Under the pieces are notes generated by a model. The model saw only the letters and a list, made by a program, of their open reading frames with translations, searched no databases and was not told the origin of the DNA. From a bacterium (lineage in GTDB: Bacteria; UBP15; UBA6099; JAJRTR01): a DNA stretch of 64,000 nucleotides. This document shows, one piece after another, positions 31,722 to 41,947 of the stretch (position 1 is its first letter; each line of letters begins with the position of its first letter). The stretch lies in assembly GCA_024278215.1 (NCBI GenBank), contig JAJRTR010000138.1, positions 3,747-67,746 of the forward strand, given 5' to 3'. Made by a program: the position numbers and the translations under genes.

Positions 31722-33989
31722 ATGGATGGGGCACTGTATACATACATCGAATCAAATTCGCTGATGGTCCTGGCGCCGATCATCGTTTTGGGAATCACTC
31801 TTCGGCTTATTCGTATTCGCAGGAAAGGGTTGTTTCTCTGGGATGAAGCCGGCCTGTACCGCGAAGTGATATTCATGAAGATATTGATTCGCTTCGTGTG
31901 GAGTAATCTTTCAGTTCTCGCCGGGTTGAAGATACATCCTGATGCCAAAAAACGAGAAGAACTCTTTGATGAATATGAGTCGGCACAGATAACCGATGTA
32001 GCGTTTTACAAATTCGGATATATATATCCTTTAATGTTGAGCACAAAACTTATCAGGCAAAGAGACCTGGCGATGGTAGTCCCATCGCTTGTTTTCGGGA
32101 TTCTTTCCATAATCGGTCTTTATCTGATAGGCGCATTGGCATTCGGGCCGTCAGCCGGACTTCTCGCGGCCGCCGTAGCCGCTGTCAGCGGCGCTCATAC
32201 TTTATATTCACGGTCCGCGCTGTCGGATATGGGCAGCAGCTTCAACCTGGTTCTTTTTGTTTTAATGTCGATCCTTTTCAAAATCGGATTCGCGGCCGGC
32301 GGTACGGAATTTTTTTATTCAGTGCAGGGATGTCTCCTTCTCGCCGCGAGCGGTTTCTTCCTCTTCGCCATGGTCATGTTCAACATGGCGTTTCTCTCCG
32401 TCAGCGCTGTCATTTTCATCGCTTCAGAAATCGTATACATTTTTGTTTCGGGCGCATTCTCTCTGAAAATGGTAATATTTGAATTTGTCGCGGTGGGCTC
32501 CGGAGCGGCAATGTGCTATTTTGTGGTGTCGCTCCCCATATCATTTTTGACTTTTCTCTTTCCCGAATGTGAGATCGAAACGTATTTCAAACAGATAATC
32601 GGCAGACTTCTTGTCCACAGAAAAAGTATCGGCTCCATGCTTAAGCCGGGGGAAAAGACGAAGAGTGTTTTTTCGCGAGCCCACAGGCTCTTGTTCTATC
32701 CGACGATATTGCTCGAGCTTGAAGGCTTTACTGTGATCGCAGCAGCATGTATCGGTGCAGGCTGCCAGTTATATATGTTCACCGACATCAGTCTGTATTT
32801 GTGCTCACAGGGGCTCGTGGTTTTCGCACTGCTCACCTTCATCCCCTTCAAGGCTACAAGGGGCAGCGCAATGTTCCTGCCGCATTTATTCCTCTTTGCA
32901 GGCACCGCGCTCTCCATGATTCCATTGTGGCTGCTCGCACCGATAATGATTATTATTACTGCCAGAGGCGTGAGATGTTGCCTGCATATTTCCGGTCTCG
33001 TCTCCGCTATCCGCAGGGCCGCAGAATACATCAACTCACGCGGTGAGGAGCAGTTTATTTGTACTTGCGCCCCGTTCCGCCTGCTGTATGGTCCCGAGGA
33101 CCGATTCCTCCCACCAGGCATGATAGCATTGTACGAACATATGCATTATTGCTGGTCCAGGAAGAAGATCAAATATCTCATAATCGATTTCCATCAACAT
33201 TATCCGTCTCTGGGAGGCGACGATATAAACGGCCTTATTCAGAAATATTACGAGCCGGTATGGAAAGTTGAAGACCCGTGTGTGACGTTCCGGCCACTGC
33301 TGTGGGAGGCCGAATTACTGGCCGAGAAATCGGGATTCGGCAATATCAGGATCGATAAATCTCAATGGAATAAATTCAGGCTGAATCCTGGAGACCGCGA
33401 TAAATTTGTTGAAGTCTATGAACTCGACAAGTTGTTCACGGGAGAAGCCGGAGACGCAATGCTATCGTTCGGAGCCTTAAAAACCGTGCCGGACTGGATC
33501 AAGCAGGGGAAACTGGATTTTGCGCTTACCGAACTGAAAAAAGCAAAAAGAGTGCTGAAAGACAACCCGGAGGTCCACTACCGGATAGGGCAGTGTTTTT
33601 TCTTGAAAGAACGCTATAAATGGGCTGTTAATGCTTTCTCTCAAGCGGTTGAACTTGAAGACGTCCCGACTGATCTGTCTCAGGTCTGCCGTGGATTTTT
33701 ACTGCTCAGTGAGGGCATATTGCTGACAAAAGAAGACAAGCACGAGGCGGCCATCCCGAAACTGGAAGAAGCGACCGTTTGTTTCGAAGAGGACGAAACA
33801 ATGAAAACCTATACGGACACCTGCCTGGTGGTGGCATACTCAAAAACCGGCAGGATAAATAGCGCGAAAGAAATTGCATTGAAACTGTTGGAAAATCAGG
33901 GAATTCCAATGAGAGCAAGAAAAGCCTTCTTAGACCTTATAAGTTCCGGCGCAAAAGATACAAGCGGCACAGACCCGGGAATAACATGA
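31722..33989 (+). CDS. GT-C fold (ArnT/PMT-like) membrane glycosyltransferase with C-terminal TPRs
   Basis: WDEAGLY acidic motif after TM1, many TM helices, LYSRSALSD, TPR-like helices (PEVHYRIGQCFF, AVNAFSQAVEL). Confidence 0.7.
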   Translation: MDGALYTYIESNSLMVLAPIIVLGITLRLIRIRRKGLFLWDEAGLYREVIFMKILIRFVWSNLSVLAGLKIHPDAKKREELFDEYESAQITDVAFYKFGYIYPLMLSTKLIRQRDLAMVVPSLVFGILSIIGLYLIGALAFGPSAGLLAAAVAAVSGAHTLYSRSALSDMGSSFNLVLFVLMSILFKIGFAAGGTEFFYSVQGCLLLAASGFFLFAMVMFNMAFLSVSAVIFIASEIVYIFVSGAFSLKMVIFEFVAVGSGAAMCYFVVSLPISFLTFLFPECEIETYFKQIIGRLLVHRKSIGSMLKPGEKTKSVFSRAHRLLFYPTILLELEGFTVIAAACIGAGCQLYMFTDISLYLCSQGLVVFALLTFIPFKATRGSAMFLPHLFLFAGTALSMIPLWLLAPIMIIITARGVRCCLHISGLVSAIRRAAEYINSRGEEQFICTCAPFRLLYGPEDRFLPPGMIALYEHMHYCWSRKKIKYLIIDFHQHYPSLGGDDINGLIQKYYEPVWKVEDPCVTFRPLLWEAELLAEKSGFGNIRIDKSQWNKFRLNPGDRDKFVEVYELDKLFTGEAGDAMLSFGALKTVPDWIKQGKLDFALTELKKAKRVLKDNPEVHYRIGQCFFLKERYKWAVNAFSQAVELEDVPTDLSQVCRGFLLLSEGILLTKEDKHEAAIPKLEEATVCFEEDETMKTYTDTCLVVAYSKTGRINSAKEIALKLLENQGIPMRARKAFLDLISSGAKDTSGTDPGIT

Positions 33990-34014
33990 TTTTGCAATTG
34001 GCGCGTAAGAAAAG

Positions 34015-35004
34015 TCAGCGGCGTCGATCATTCTCGATGTCGAACCAGCAGGCGATTTCCCTGCCGGGGTCGATCTCCTCGAGAGCCGGGTCTTCACGTT
34101 CGCAGCGATCAAAGGCGAAGGGGCACCTGGGCGCGAAATTGCAGCCCGGCGGATTATTTATCAGGTTGGGCGGCAGGCCGGGTATGGTGAAGAGTTTTTC
34201 TTTTTTCGCGGCATCCATCCTGGGTATGGATTTCAGCAGCGAAAAGGTATACGGGTGCAGGGGACGTTCGAAAAGCGGTTTTGTCGCCGCTTTTTCCACA
34301 ATGCGGCCCGCATACATGACGACGATGTGGTCGCACATTCCCGCCACGACGCCCAGGTCGTGTGTGATCAGAATGCAGGACATGCCTCTGTCCGCCTGTA
34401 TCTTTTTCAGCAGTTCGAGTATCTGAGCCTGTATCGTCACGTCCAGCGCGGTAGTCGGTTCGTCCGCGATGAGCAGGTCGGGGTCGCACGCTAGTGCCAT
34501 GGCGATCATGACGCGCTGGCGCATGCCGCCGCTGAACTGGTGCGGGTATGAGTGGATGCGTTTACGGGGCGAAGGCATACCGACGAGGGAGAGCAGGTCT
34601 ACAGCCCTGTCGAGCGCGTCTTTTCCCGACAGCCCGAGATGCACTTCCATCCCTTCTGTAAGCTGGCGGCTGATTCGCAGGATCGGATTGAGCGAGGTCA
34701 TCGGGTCCTGGAATATCATGGAAATCTCGTTGCCCCTGATCCTGCGAAGCTCGGATTTGCGCATCCCGAGGAGGTCGCGACCTTTGAATATCGCGCCGTC
34801 GCCGGAGATTCTTCCCGGCGGGCATGGAACGAGGCCCATGATAGAGAGCTGCGTCACACTTTTGCCGCTGCCGCTCTCGCCGACAATCCCCAGTATCGAG
34901 CCGGGCGCAAGGTCGAAAGACACTCCGTCGACCGCTTTCACTATTCCGTCGTCGGTGTGAAAATGTGTTTGAAGATTGCGTATCGATAGCAGCGCGCCGG
35001 GCAT
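34015..35004 (-). CDS. oppD: Oligopeptide ABC transporter ATP-binding protein
   Basis: GESGSGKS, FQDPMTSLNP, FSGGMRQR, ADEPTTALD, HPYT, C-terminal Cys cluster. Confidence 0.93.
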   Translation of the reverse strand: MPGALLSIRNLQTHFHTDDGIVKAVDGVSFDLAPGSILGIVGESGSGKSVTQLSIMGLVPCPPGRISGDGAIFKGRDLLGMRKSELRRIRGNEISMIFQDPMTSLNPILRISRQLTEGMEVHLGLSGKDALDRAVDLLSLVGMPSPRKRIHSYPHQFSGGMRQRVMIAMALACDPDLLIADEPTTALDVTIQAQILELLKKIQADRGMSCILITHDLGVVAGMCDHIVVMYAGRIVEKAATKPLFERPLHPYTFSLLKSIPRMDAAKKEKLFTIPGLPPNLINNPPGCNFAPRCPFAFDRCEREDPALEEIDPGREIACWFDIENDRRR

Positions 35005-35149
35005 TATGTCCTCGATTGGCTCTTTATTATATTCATATTGCGTACAACTTTATCCAACATAAGCTACACTCTTTTATTTTAAACTTATACATTCTATCGG
35101 ACGCAGCGTTCAGTTATGCGCTCCCGCGCAAAAGCATGGGAACGGGGAT

Positions 35150-36088
35150 TCATTTCTTGTCCTTCATCTGCGGGTCGAGGGCATCGCGCAGGCCATCGCC
35201 CAGGAAGTTCAGCGAGAAAAGAGTAATCGCGAGTGCGAGGCCCGGAAAAATGATTTGCCAGGGATATACATCGAGCGATTCGCGACCGTCGGCGGCGAGC
35301 GAACCCCAGCTTGCCATCGGCGCCTGTATGCCCAGTCCGAGAAAGCTGAGAAACGCTTCCTCGAGCATGATGCTGGGCACAGTGAGCGTGGCATAAACAA
35401 TCACGGGGCCGAGCAGGTTGGGTATGATGTGCCGCAGCAACATCCGGGCGGTGCCGACGCCCGACGTGCGGGCGGCCATGATATACTCCTGATTTTTAAT
35501 GGAAAGGGTCTGCCCGCGCGTGATGCGGCTCATCGTGAGCCATTGCACGCAGCCGAGTCCGATGAAGAGAAGAAACAGTTTTTTATCGGCAGGCACATTG
35601 TGGAAAATCACCATCAGGAGAATCACGAGGAACATGAACGGCAGGCCGTAGAGGATGTCGACTATGCGCATCATGATATTGTCCACTTTGCCGCCGATAA
35701 AACCGGCCACGGCGCCGTAGGTGACGCCTATGACGATGCTTACGAAAGTCGCCAGCAGGCCCACCGAAAGCGAGATGCGGCCTCCCCACATGATGCGCGT
35801 GAGAAGGTCGCGGCCCAGGTGGTCGGTGCCCAGCCAGTATCTTGCGCACGGGGGCAGGTTTCCGTCCGCAAGATGAATGGTATCGAACCCATAAGGTGCG
35901 ATATACGGAGTAAGCAGCGCGACGACGCCGACAAAAATAATGATGATTCCGCCCGCGACCGACATCCTGTTGCGCAGCAGGCGCCGCCAGGCGTCCTTCC
36001 ACAGGCTCGTGCCCCTGATGGCTTGTTGTTCGCCGCTGTGTTTGTCCAAAAGCCTGCTTCGGGGCTCGTCCGGGGAAACCGTACTCAT
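35150..36088 (-). CDS. oppC: Oligopeptide ABC transporter permease
   Basis: SLWKDAWRRLLRN, LGTDHLGRDL, RHIIPN, GDGLRDALDP; start ATG 36088. Confidence 0.93.
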   Translation of the reverse strand: MSTVSPDEPRSRLLDKHSGEQQAIRGTSLWKDAWRRLLRNRMSVAGGIIIIFVGVVALLTPYIAPYGFDTIHLADGNLPPCARYWLGTDHLGRDLLTRIMWGGRISLSVGLLATFVSIVIGVTYGAVAGFIGGKVDNIMMRIVDILYGLPFMFLVILLMVIFHNVPADKKLFLLFIGLGCVQWLTMSRITRGQTLSIKNQEYIMAARTSGVGTARMLLRHIIPNLLGPVIVYATLTVPSIMLEEAFLSFLGLGIQAPMASWGSLAADGRESLDVYPWQIIFPGLALAITLFSLNFLGDGLRDALDPQMKDKK

Positions 36089-36110
36089 TTCACCGGCGAA
36101 CCCCCTCCCC

Positions 36111-37028
36111 TCACTCGTAGCTGATCCTCGGATCGAGGAAAGCGTATAAAATATCCACAATTATATTGAATCCGATAAGGAATGAACTGTAAATTATCAC
36201 AGTGCCCATAGTCAGCGTATAGTCCCTGTTGAGAGCAGATTGCACGAATTCGCGGCCTATGCCGGGGATGCCGGAGATCGTCTCGATGATGAGCGAACCT
36301 GTGAGAATGGCCGCGCCTGCGGGGCCGAGAAACGAAACGACGGGCAACAGGCCGCCCTTGAGGCTGTGGCGCATGATCACAATGCGCTCGGGCAGTCCCT
36401 TCGCGCGTGCCGTGCGTATGTAATCCTGACGTATGACCTCGAGCATCCCGGCGCGCGACATTCGCGCCACATAAGCCGCATAAGGCAGTCCGAGCGCGAT
36501 CACGGGATTTATCATCTCGCGCCATGTGCCCCAGCCGCTGACCTCGAGCCACTCGAGCCGAACTGAAAAGAAGTAGATCATTACGGAAAGAATTATGAAA
36601 TTGGGTATGGACACGCCGATCATGGAAAAGGCCATAGTCGAGTAGTCCGCCGCCGAATTATGGCGCAGGGCGGCGATGCAGCCGGCGGGAATGCCCAGCA
36701 GCAGCGCGAAAGCGAGCGCCAGCGCGCCGAGTGTCATCGTTGTCGGCAGTCCGGCCGCGATTATCTCGTTGACGGTGCGGTCTTTATATTTGAAAGAAGG
36801 GCCGAGGTCGCCGTGCAAGAGGTCCCACATATAACGGCCATATTGCTTATACAGGGGTTCGTCAAGGTGATATTTCGCTTCGATATTCGCGCGCACTTCG
36901 ACAGGGATCACCCTGTCACGCGAGAACGGACCGCCGGGCGCGCTGCGCATCAGAAAGAAAGTGATGGTTATGATGATCCATAGCACCGGTATTGCGCCCA
37001 GAAGGCGGCGTATGATGTATCTTGTCAT
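36111..37028 (-). CDS. oppB: Oligopeptide ABC transporter permease
   Basis: YIIRRLL, PGGPF, GDLGPS, DYIRTARAKGL, LYAFLDPRI. Confidence 0.94.
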   Translation of the reverse strand: MTRYIIRRLLGAIPVLWIIITITFFLMRSAPGGPFSRDRVIPVEVRANIEAKYHLDEPLYKQYGRYMWDLLHGDLGPSFKYKDRTVNEIIAAGLPTTMTLGALALAFALLLGIPAGCIAALRHNSAADYSTMAFSMIGVSIPNFIILSVMIYFFSVRLEWLEVSGWGTWREMINPVIALGLPYAAYVARMSRAGMLEVIRQDYIRTARAKGLPERIVIMRHSLKGGLLPVVSFLGPAGAAILTGSLIIETISGIPGIGREFVQSALNRDYTLTMGTVIIYSSFLIGFNIIVDILYAFLDPRISYE

Positions 37029-37188
37029 ATTATTGATTCACCACTATTGCGTTGTCGCATCGACACCCGCACACCACTTTGCATAACATAATACAATGTT
37101 CCCAGGGTCCACCCAGGGAACGCCGAAACTGAAAGCTCCGGCTTTCACCATAATATTTTCGCGACAACATGTTGTCGCTTACGGCAAG

Positions 37189-38841
37189 CTATGGGCTTAC
37201 CTCAATATTAACAGCGAAACCCGCCTCGCGCAGAAGCTCACGCGCCTTTTCCGGGTTATATTCCGCGCCTTTGGGCGGTTTGTAGCCGGGGATTCCGGGC
37301 GGCACGAAAGTCGTCGCCGGTTTCTGGCCCGCTTTCAGCACATACTTGCAGATCGCGGCTTTGTCCACCGCGAGATTCAGGGCCTGGCGCACCCTCGGGT
37401 CGTCCAGCGGCGGATGTGTCGTATTGAACCTGTAGTAATATGTCGTCAAAAACGGCGTGATATGCGATTCCGGCCATGTTCTCACCTCATCCGTGTGGCT
37501 CAGCGGTATCGTCCTGATCCAGTCGGTTTCGTCCGCCTTGAACATGTTCAGGGCCGTAACATTGTCTTCGATGGAAAAAGCGATGATTTTCTTGAGTTTC
37601 ACATCCGGGGCGTCGCGATAAGCGTCCCATTTTTCCATGACGATTCTGTCTTTTGGCTTCCATTCCGTGAGTTTGAAGGGGCCGTTGGTAACGATATTTT
37701 CGGGGCGCGTCCACCTGGAACCGTATTTCTCGACACACTTGCGGTTCACGGGCAACAAAGTGTGGAAAGCGAGCAGATCGAGCCAGTAGGCAGTCGGGTT
37801 CTCGAGAGTGGTTTCCAGTGTGTAGTCGTCTATGACTTTCAGGCCGACTTTGCTGAAATCGTCAATTTCTTTGTGGTTATAAGCCTTTGCGTTTTTGAGA
37901 TAATAAATCTGGTAGGCATATTCCGCGCCGGTCACGGGCTCGAGCACACGTTTCCACGCGAAATAGAAATCATTTGCCGTTACCGGGTCGCCGTTGGTCC
38001 AGAAAGCGTCTTTGCGCAGATGGAAAGTATAAACCAGGCCGTCGTCACTGATGTCCCAGCTTGTGGCGATGCAGGGCATCGGGGCGAGAGTTTCCGGGTC
38101 ATACTGTATGAGCCCCTCGAATATCTGGTCGGCGATATTGAACCCTGTCGAACCTGTCATAAGGCCGGGGTCGAGCGTTTCGGGTTCGGCGCCGTTGTTG
38201 AACCGGAAAACCTGCTCGTTTTCGGGAGCCGGCCGGCCGTCTTTTTCGATCCAGACATATTTTAGCAGATGAATATCCCTCAGGTTATAGGTCATGCCTT
38301 TGACCTTCTGCTTGACGACATTCTGGTTGACATAGAAATATATCGGCATAATCGGGGTGGCCTTGTTTATGAGGATGTCTTCAGCCTCTGCGAGAATGGC
38401 CATGCGTTTATTCGGGTCGAGTTCAGAGGCGGCGGATTCTATGAGGGCGTCATACTGCGCGTTTTTCCAGCCCGTCTGGTTGTTGCCGCCGTAGGAGAGG
38501 AACATATCCAGGAAAGTGTTGGGGTCGTTGTAGTCGCCGATCCAGCCGGCGCGGGCGATGTCGTAATCGAGCACCTGGAGATTCTTCAGGTATGTCTTCC
38601 ATTCGACATTATCGAGTTGCACAGTAATGCCCAGTTCCTTTTTCCACATCTGCTTGATAGTCTCGGCGATCTTTTTGTGGCCTTCGCTCGTGTTGTAAAG
38701 CAGTTTCAGCTCGGGAAAAGGTTTCCCCGCTTCTTCGCCCGCCGGGCGGTTCCTGCCGCCGCCGCCGGCACAGCCCGCGAGTGCGGCCATTACAACTATC
38801 AATACTGCCGATACCACATTTTTTAACAGATTCTTTTTCAT
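37189..38841 (-). CDS. oppA: Oligopeptide-binding lipoprotein (family 5 SBP), circularly permuted
   Basis: LAGC lipobox; all OppA motifs present, but the usual C-terminal block comes before the usual N-terminal block; start ATG 38841 with GGGAG RBS. Confidence 0.9.
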   Translation of the reverse strand: MKKNLLKNVVSAVLIVVMAALAGCAGGGGRNRPAGEEAGKPFPELKLLYNTSEGHKKIAETIKQMWKKELGITVQLDNVEWKTYLKNLQVLDYDIARAGWIGDYNDPNTFLDMFLSYGGNNQTGWKNAQYDALIESAASELDPNKRMAILAEAEDILINKATPIMPIYFYVNQNVVKQKVKGMTYNLRDIHLLKYVWIEKDGRPAPENEQVFRFNNGAEPETLDPGLMTGSTGFNIADQIFEGLIQYDPETLAPMPCIATSWDISDDGLVYTFHLRKDAFWTNGDPVTANDFYFAWKRVLEPVTGAEYAYQIYYLKNAKAYNHKEIDDFSKVGLKVIDDYTLETTLENPTAYWLDLLAFHTLLPVNRKCVEKYGSRWTRPENIVTNGPFKLTEWKPKDRIVMEKWDAYRDAPDVKLKKIIAFSIEDNVTALNMFKADETDWIRTIPLSHTDEVRTWPESHITPFLTTYYYRFNTTHPPLDDPRVRQALNLAVDKAAICKYVLKAGQKPATTFVPPGIPGYKPPKGAEYNPEKARELLREAGFAVNIEVSP

Positions 38842-39280
38842 AGACAACTCCCGGAATAGAAATAGCAACACCTGCGGATGCCTCTTATATATAGTATCAT
38901 AAAGCATAATTATATATTTCGTAAAATCCGAAGTAATATTCAGGAAAACACCGGATTTGTGTGTTGATTGCATTGAGTTCTATTATGTTTTTACCGGACC
39001 TGTACGTTTTCAAATCACTTTCGGGTCTTATCACCCGCCGCAAGCGGTTCATAAGATAATCGAGCCTGTTTCATAATATATCACTTTCCATGCGATAAAA
39101 TGTATAATACGTTATACGGGTGTGCGACACAAAAGTGGGTTTTTGCGAAAACCGGGACAGGTACCGCAAAAAACAGTGTTACCAGTCCCTGTTTTTCGCA
39201 CATTAAGAATGTGGTTGTTTTTAACCCACTTTTATGTCGCACACCCACGTTATACCGTCCGGAACAGGAGCGTTTTGCGG

Positions 39281-41746
39281 ATGAAATATTTCAGAGCAAC
39301 TATCGCGATAATTGTAATGCTTATGGTTCCCTCTTCGGTCTTTGCGATGCAGCTTATCGTTGACAAAACGCCGTCGCGCATTTCAGCTGAGTGCGATTAT
39401 TACAGCTTTGCAATAGACCTTGATATGGGCGTGTGGGATGTCGACTGGAGTGACGGCAGGCCGCTGGTGAGAAACGCTTATGCAATGTGGTCGGTGACAT
39501 TGCCATCCGGTCCGGGAGTGTTCCCCCTTGCGGGGAAAATGAAACGTGAAGCACGGATCGAGAACTTTATCGACCGCCTCGGCGAAGGCAAACAGGTGAT
39601 CATCGGCTCGCGGCGCGACGGTGTGCCGCTTTCGGCGACAACTGTTTTTCGCTTCTATAACGGAGCGCCCTTTATTATTGTCATTCAGAGACTACACAAC
39701 ATGTCCGCGGCACCGGTGGGAGTCAGCAAGGCAAATCCGCTCATTACGGAATCGGAACGCGGCGGCGGTTTTTACCCCGGTCCGGACCCGGACCGTGTGT
39801 GGGTGCTCGAGAACGGCTATAAGCGGATGTTCGATTTCTTTGTGCGATGCGTCCGCGGCGTCGAAAGGGTCGACTCGAACTGGGACGCCGCTTACTATGA
39901 CCGCCGCACACGCCGCACTTCGATTATCGGTTTCATCACAACAAACAGAAGTTATGTCTCCGTCCGCTCGTACTACAACGCGGACAACTCGCGCGAGATA
40001 GACAACTGGCGGCCACTGAGTTCGCTGAAAGCTGAAGCCAAATACGAGCCTGCTACAACGATCGAAAGCGGCGGGACGATCGAGACGGAACGCCTCTATA
40101 TCGGGCTTTCAACAGAAACAATGCCGCACCCGACACTCGAACGTTTCGCAGATGCCGTCGCTCTCCAGTACAACATAAAAAAATGGCGGGGCGACATGCC
40201 CAACGGCTGGAATATATGGGCGACGAAATATCATCACGAGTTCAACGAAGACGTCATACTCGAAAACGCGCGCCGGGCGGCTGAAAAAATCAAGCCGTTC
40301 GGAATGAATACTTTCCAGATCGACGACGGCTACCAGCGCGCGTCCGGCGACTGGTTCGGAAATGAGAATTTCCCACACGGCATGGGCTGGATCGCAGGCA
40401 AAATAAAGAAACTCGGTTTCCATCCCGGGATATGGATACAGCCGTTCTGCATATCCGCTTCGAGCAAACTCGCCGCCGAACACCCCGACTGGATCGCACC
40501 TAAAAGCAAACTCGGCGAGGAGATGATTCCGAAAGACTGGCTCATACTCGATCCGACGCATCCCGATGTGCAGAAGTGGCTCGACGACACGTTCCGTCGC
40601 TACACACGCGAATGGGGCTACCAGTTTATTAAAATCGATTTCATATATTTCGTCCTGCTGGGCAAGCAGTATTATGATCCCGACGCGACTGCTGTCGACG
40701 CATATCGCGCAGGAGTGAAAATAATACGCGATGCAATGCCCGACGACACTTTTCTGATCGCCGTCGGTGTGCCGACAGCAAACAGCGCGGGCCTTGTCGA
40801 CGGGATGCGCCTCGGGCTCGACATCACGCCGGAATGGGGCGACGGCGAGGGCTATGCGGAGCAGGGAGTGAAGCCGATGGTGCGCAATGTGGCACGCCGC
40901 TACTATCTCAATCACCGCGTTTGGGTCAATCACCCCGACATGTTCTACCTCGGCAGTCAGGAAGAAGATCAGCGCTGGGGGCACAGGCTCACTTTTGAAG
41001 AAGCGCGCACCTATGCCACACTCGCCTCAATCGAGGGCGGCATAATAAAAATCGGCGACTCCTTCGTCGGCCTCGACAAGCGCCGGACTGACCTGCTGCG
41101 AAGGCTGTTGCCGGCATATCCGCACGCCGCGCGCCCGGTCGACCTGTTCGAGAAGCTATATCCCGAAGTCTGGCACCTGAAGATCAACAAGTCCGGTTTG
41201 AACTACGATGTGCTCACCCTTTTCAACTGGGGCCGCAACCGAATCTGGGGCAAAGTCGTCGAGGAAGCAGACAGGGATATAATGGTGAACATGGCGGACA
41301 TCGGGTTGAGCCCGCTCCGCAAATATCTGGCGACGGAATTCTGGTCGGGCGAGTATCTCGGCGAGTTCCGCGGCATAGTGCGCCTGCCTGTGAAAGCCCG
41401 CGACGTCAAGGTGCTCGCGCTGCACGAAAAACTCGACCGCCCGCAGTTTATCGGCACAAACCGGCATGTGACACAGGGCGCGACGGACATCGACTGGATA
41501 ACGTGGATGCCTGAGAGCAATTCTTTGCGCGGCAGCCAGGAGATCGCGCCGGGTTTCGAGTACAGACTGATGTTCCATGTGCCGGATGGATACGAGCCGA
41601 CAGCCGCGACGCTCGGCGGCGAACCTGTCGAGTTCGATTTCGCGCGTCCCGTGCTCACCGTGAAATTCGATTCCGCCGCAGCGTGCCGTAAAGCCTGGGA
41701 AATAGTTTTTGAAATAAAGCAATCAGCAGTTGAACGAAAACCCTGA
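39281..41746 (+). CDS. Secreted glycoside hydrolase, GH36/clan D alpha-galactosidase-like
   Basis: GWNIW, FQIDDGYQ, NFPHGM, PGIWIQPF, LDPTHP, IKIDF (nucleophile), GMRLGLD; start ATG 39281 gives a signal peptide. Confidence 0.85.
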   Translation: MKYFRATIAIIVMLMVPSSVFAMQLIVDKTPSRISAECDYYSFAIDLDMGVWDVDWSDGRPLVRNAYAMWSVTLPSGPGVFPLAGKMKREARIENFIDRLGEGKQVIIGSRRDGVPLSATTVFRFYNGAPFIIVIQRLHNMSAAPVGVSKANPLITESERGGGFYPGPDPDRVWVLENGYKRMFDFFVRCVRGVERVDSNWDAAYYDRRTRRTSIIGFITTNRSYVSVRSYYNADNSREIDNWRPLSSLKAEAKYEPATTIESGGTIETERLYIGLSTETMPHPTLERFADAVALQYNIKKWRGDMPNGWNIWATKYHHEFNEDVILENARRAAEKIKPFGMNTFQIDDGYQRASGDWFGNENFPHGMGWIAGKIKKLGFHPGIWIQPFCISASSKLAAEHPDWIAPKSKLGEEMIPKDWLILDPTHPDVQKWLDDTFRRYTREWGYQFIKIDFIYFVLLGKQYYDPDATAVDAYRAGVKIIRDAMPDDTFLIAVGVPTANSAGLVDGMRLGLDITPEWGDGEGYAEQGVKPMVRNVARRYYLNHRVWVNHPDMFYLGSQEEDQRWGHRLTFEEARTYATLASIEGGIIKIGDSFVGLDKRRTDLLRRLLPAYPHAARPVDLFEKLYPEVWHLKINKSGLNYDVLTLFNWGRNRIWGKVVEEADRDIMVNMADIGLSPLRKYLATEFWSGEYLGEFRGIVRLPVKARDVKVLALHEKLDRPQFIGTNRHVTQGATDIDWITWMPESNSLRGSQEIAPGFEYRLMFHVPDGYEPTAATLGGEPVEFDFARPVLTVKFDSAAACRKAWEIVFEIKQSAVERKP

Positions 41747-41947
41747 AAGACCTATTAATAAAGTAAGAATTCATGAAAAGTGCAAGCGAAGATCGGCAAT
41801 TCAATAAGACAGCAATAATCACGAACACAAAATATTGCAATAAAAAGACCGTTATCTTCGAAATAGCATCTTGAAAAGTGGTTGAGCGAAAAACTGCTCC
41901 GCAGAGCCGGTTTTTGTTCAGCCGCTAAATTAACCTGGAGGCATACA

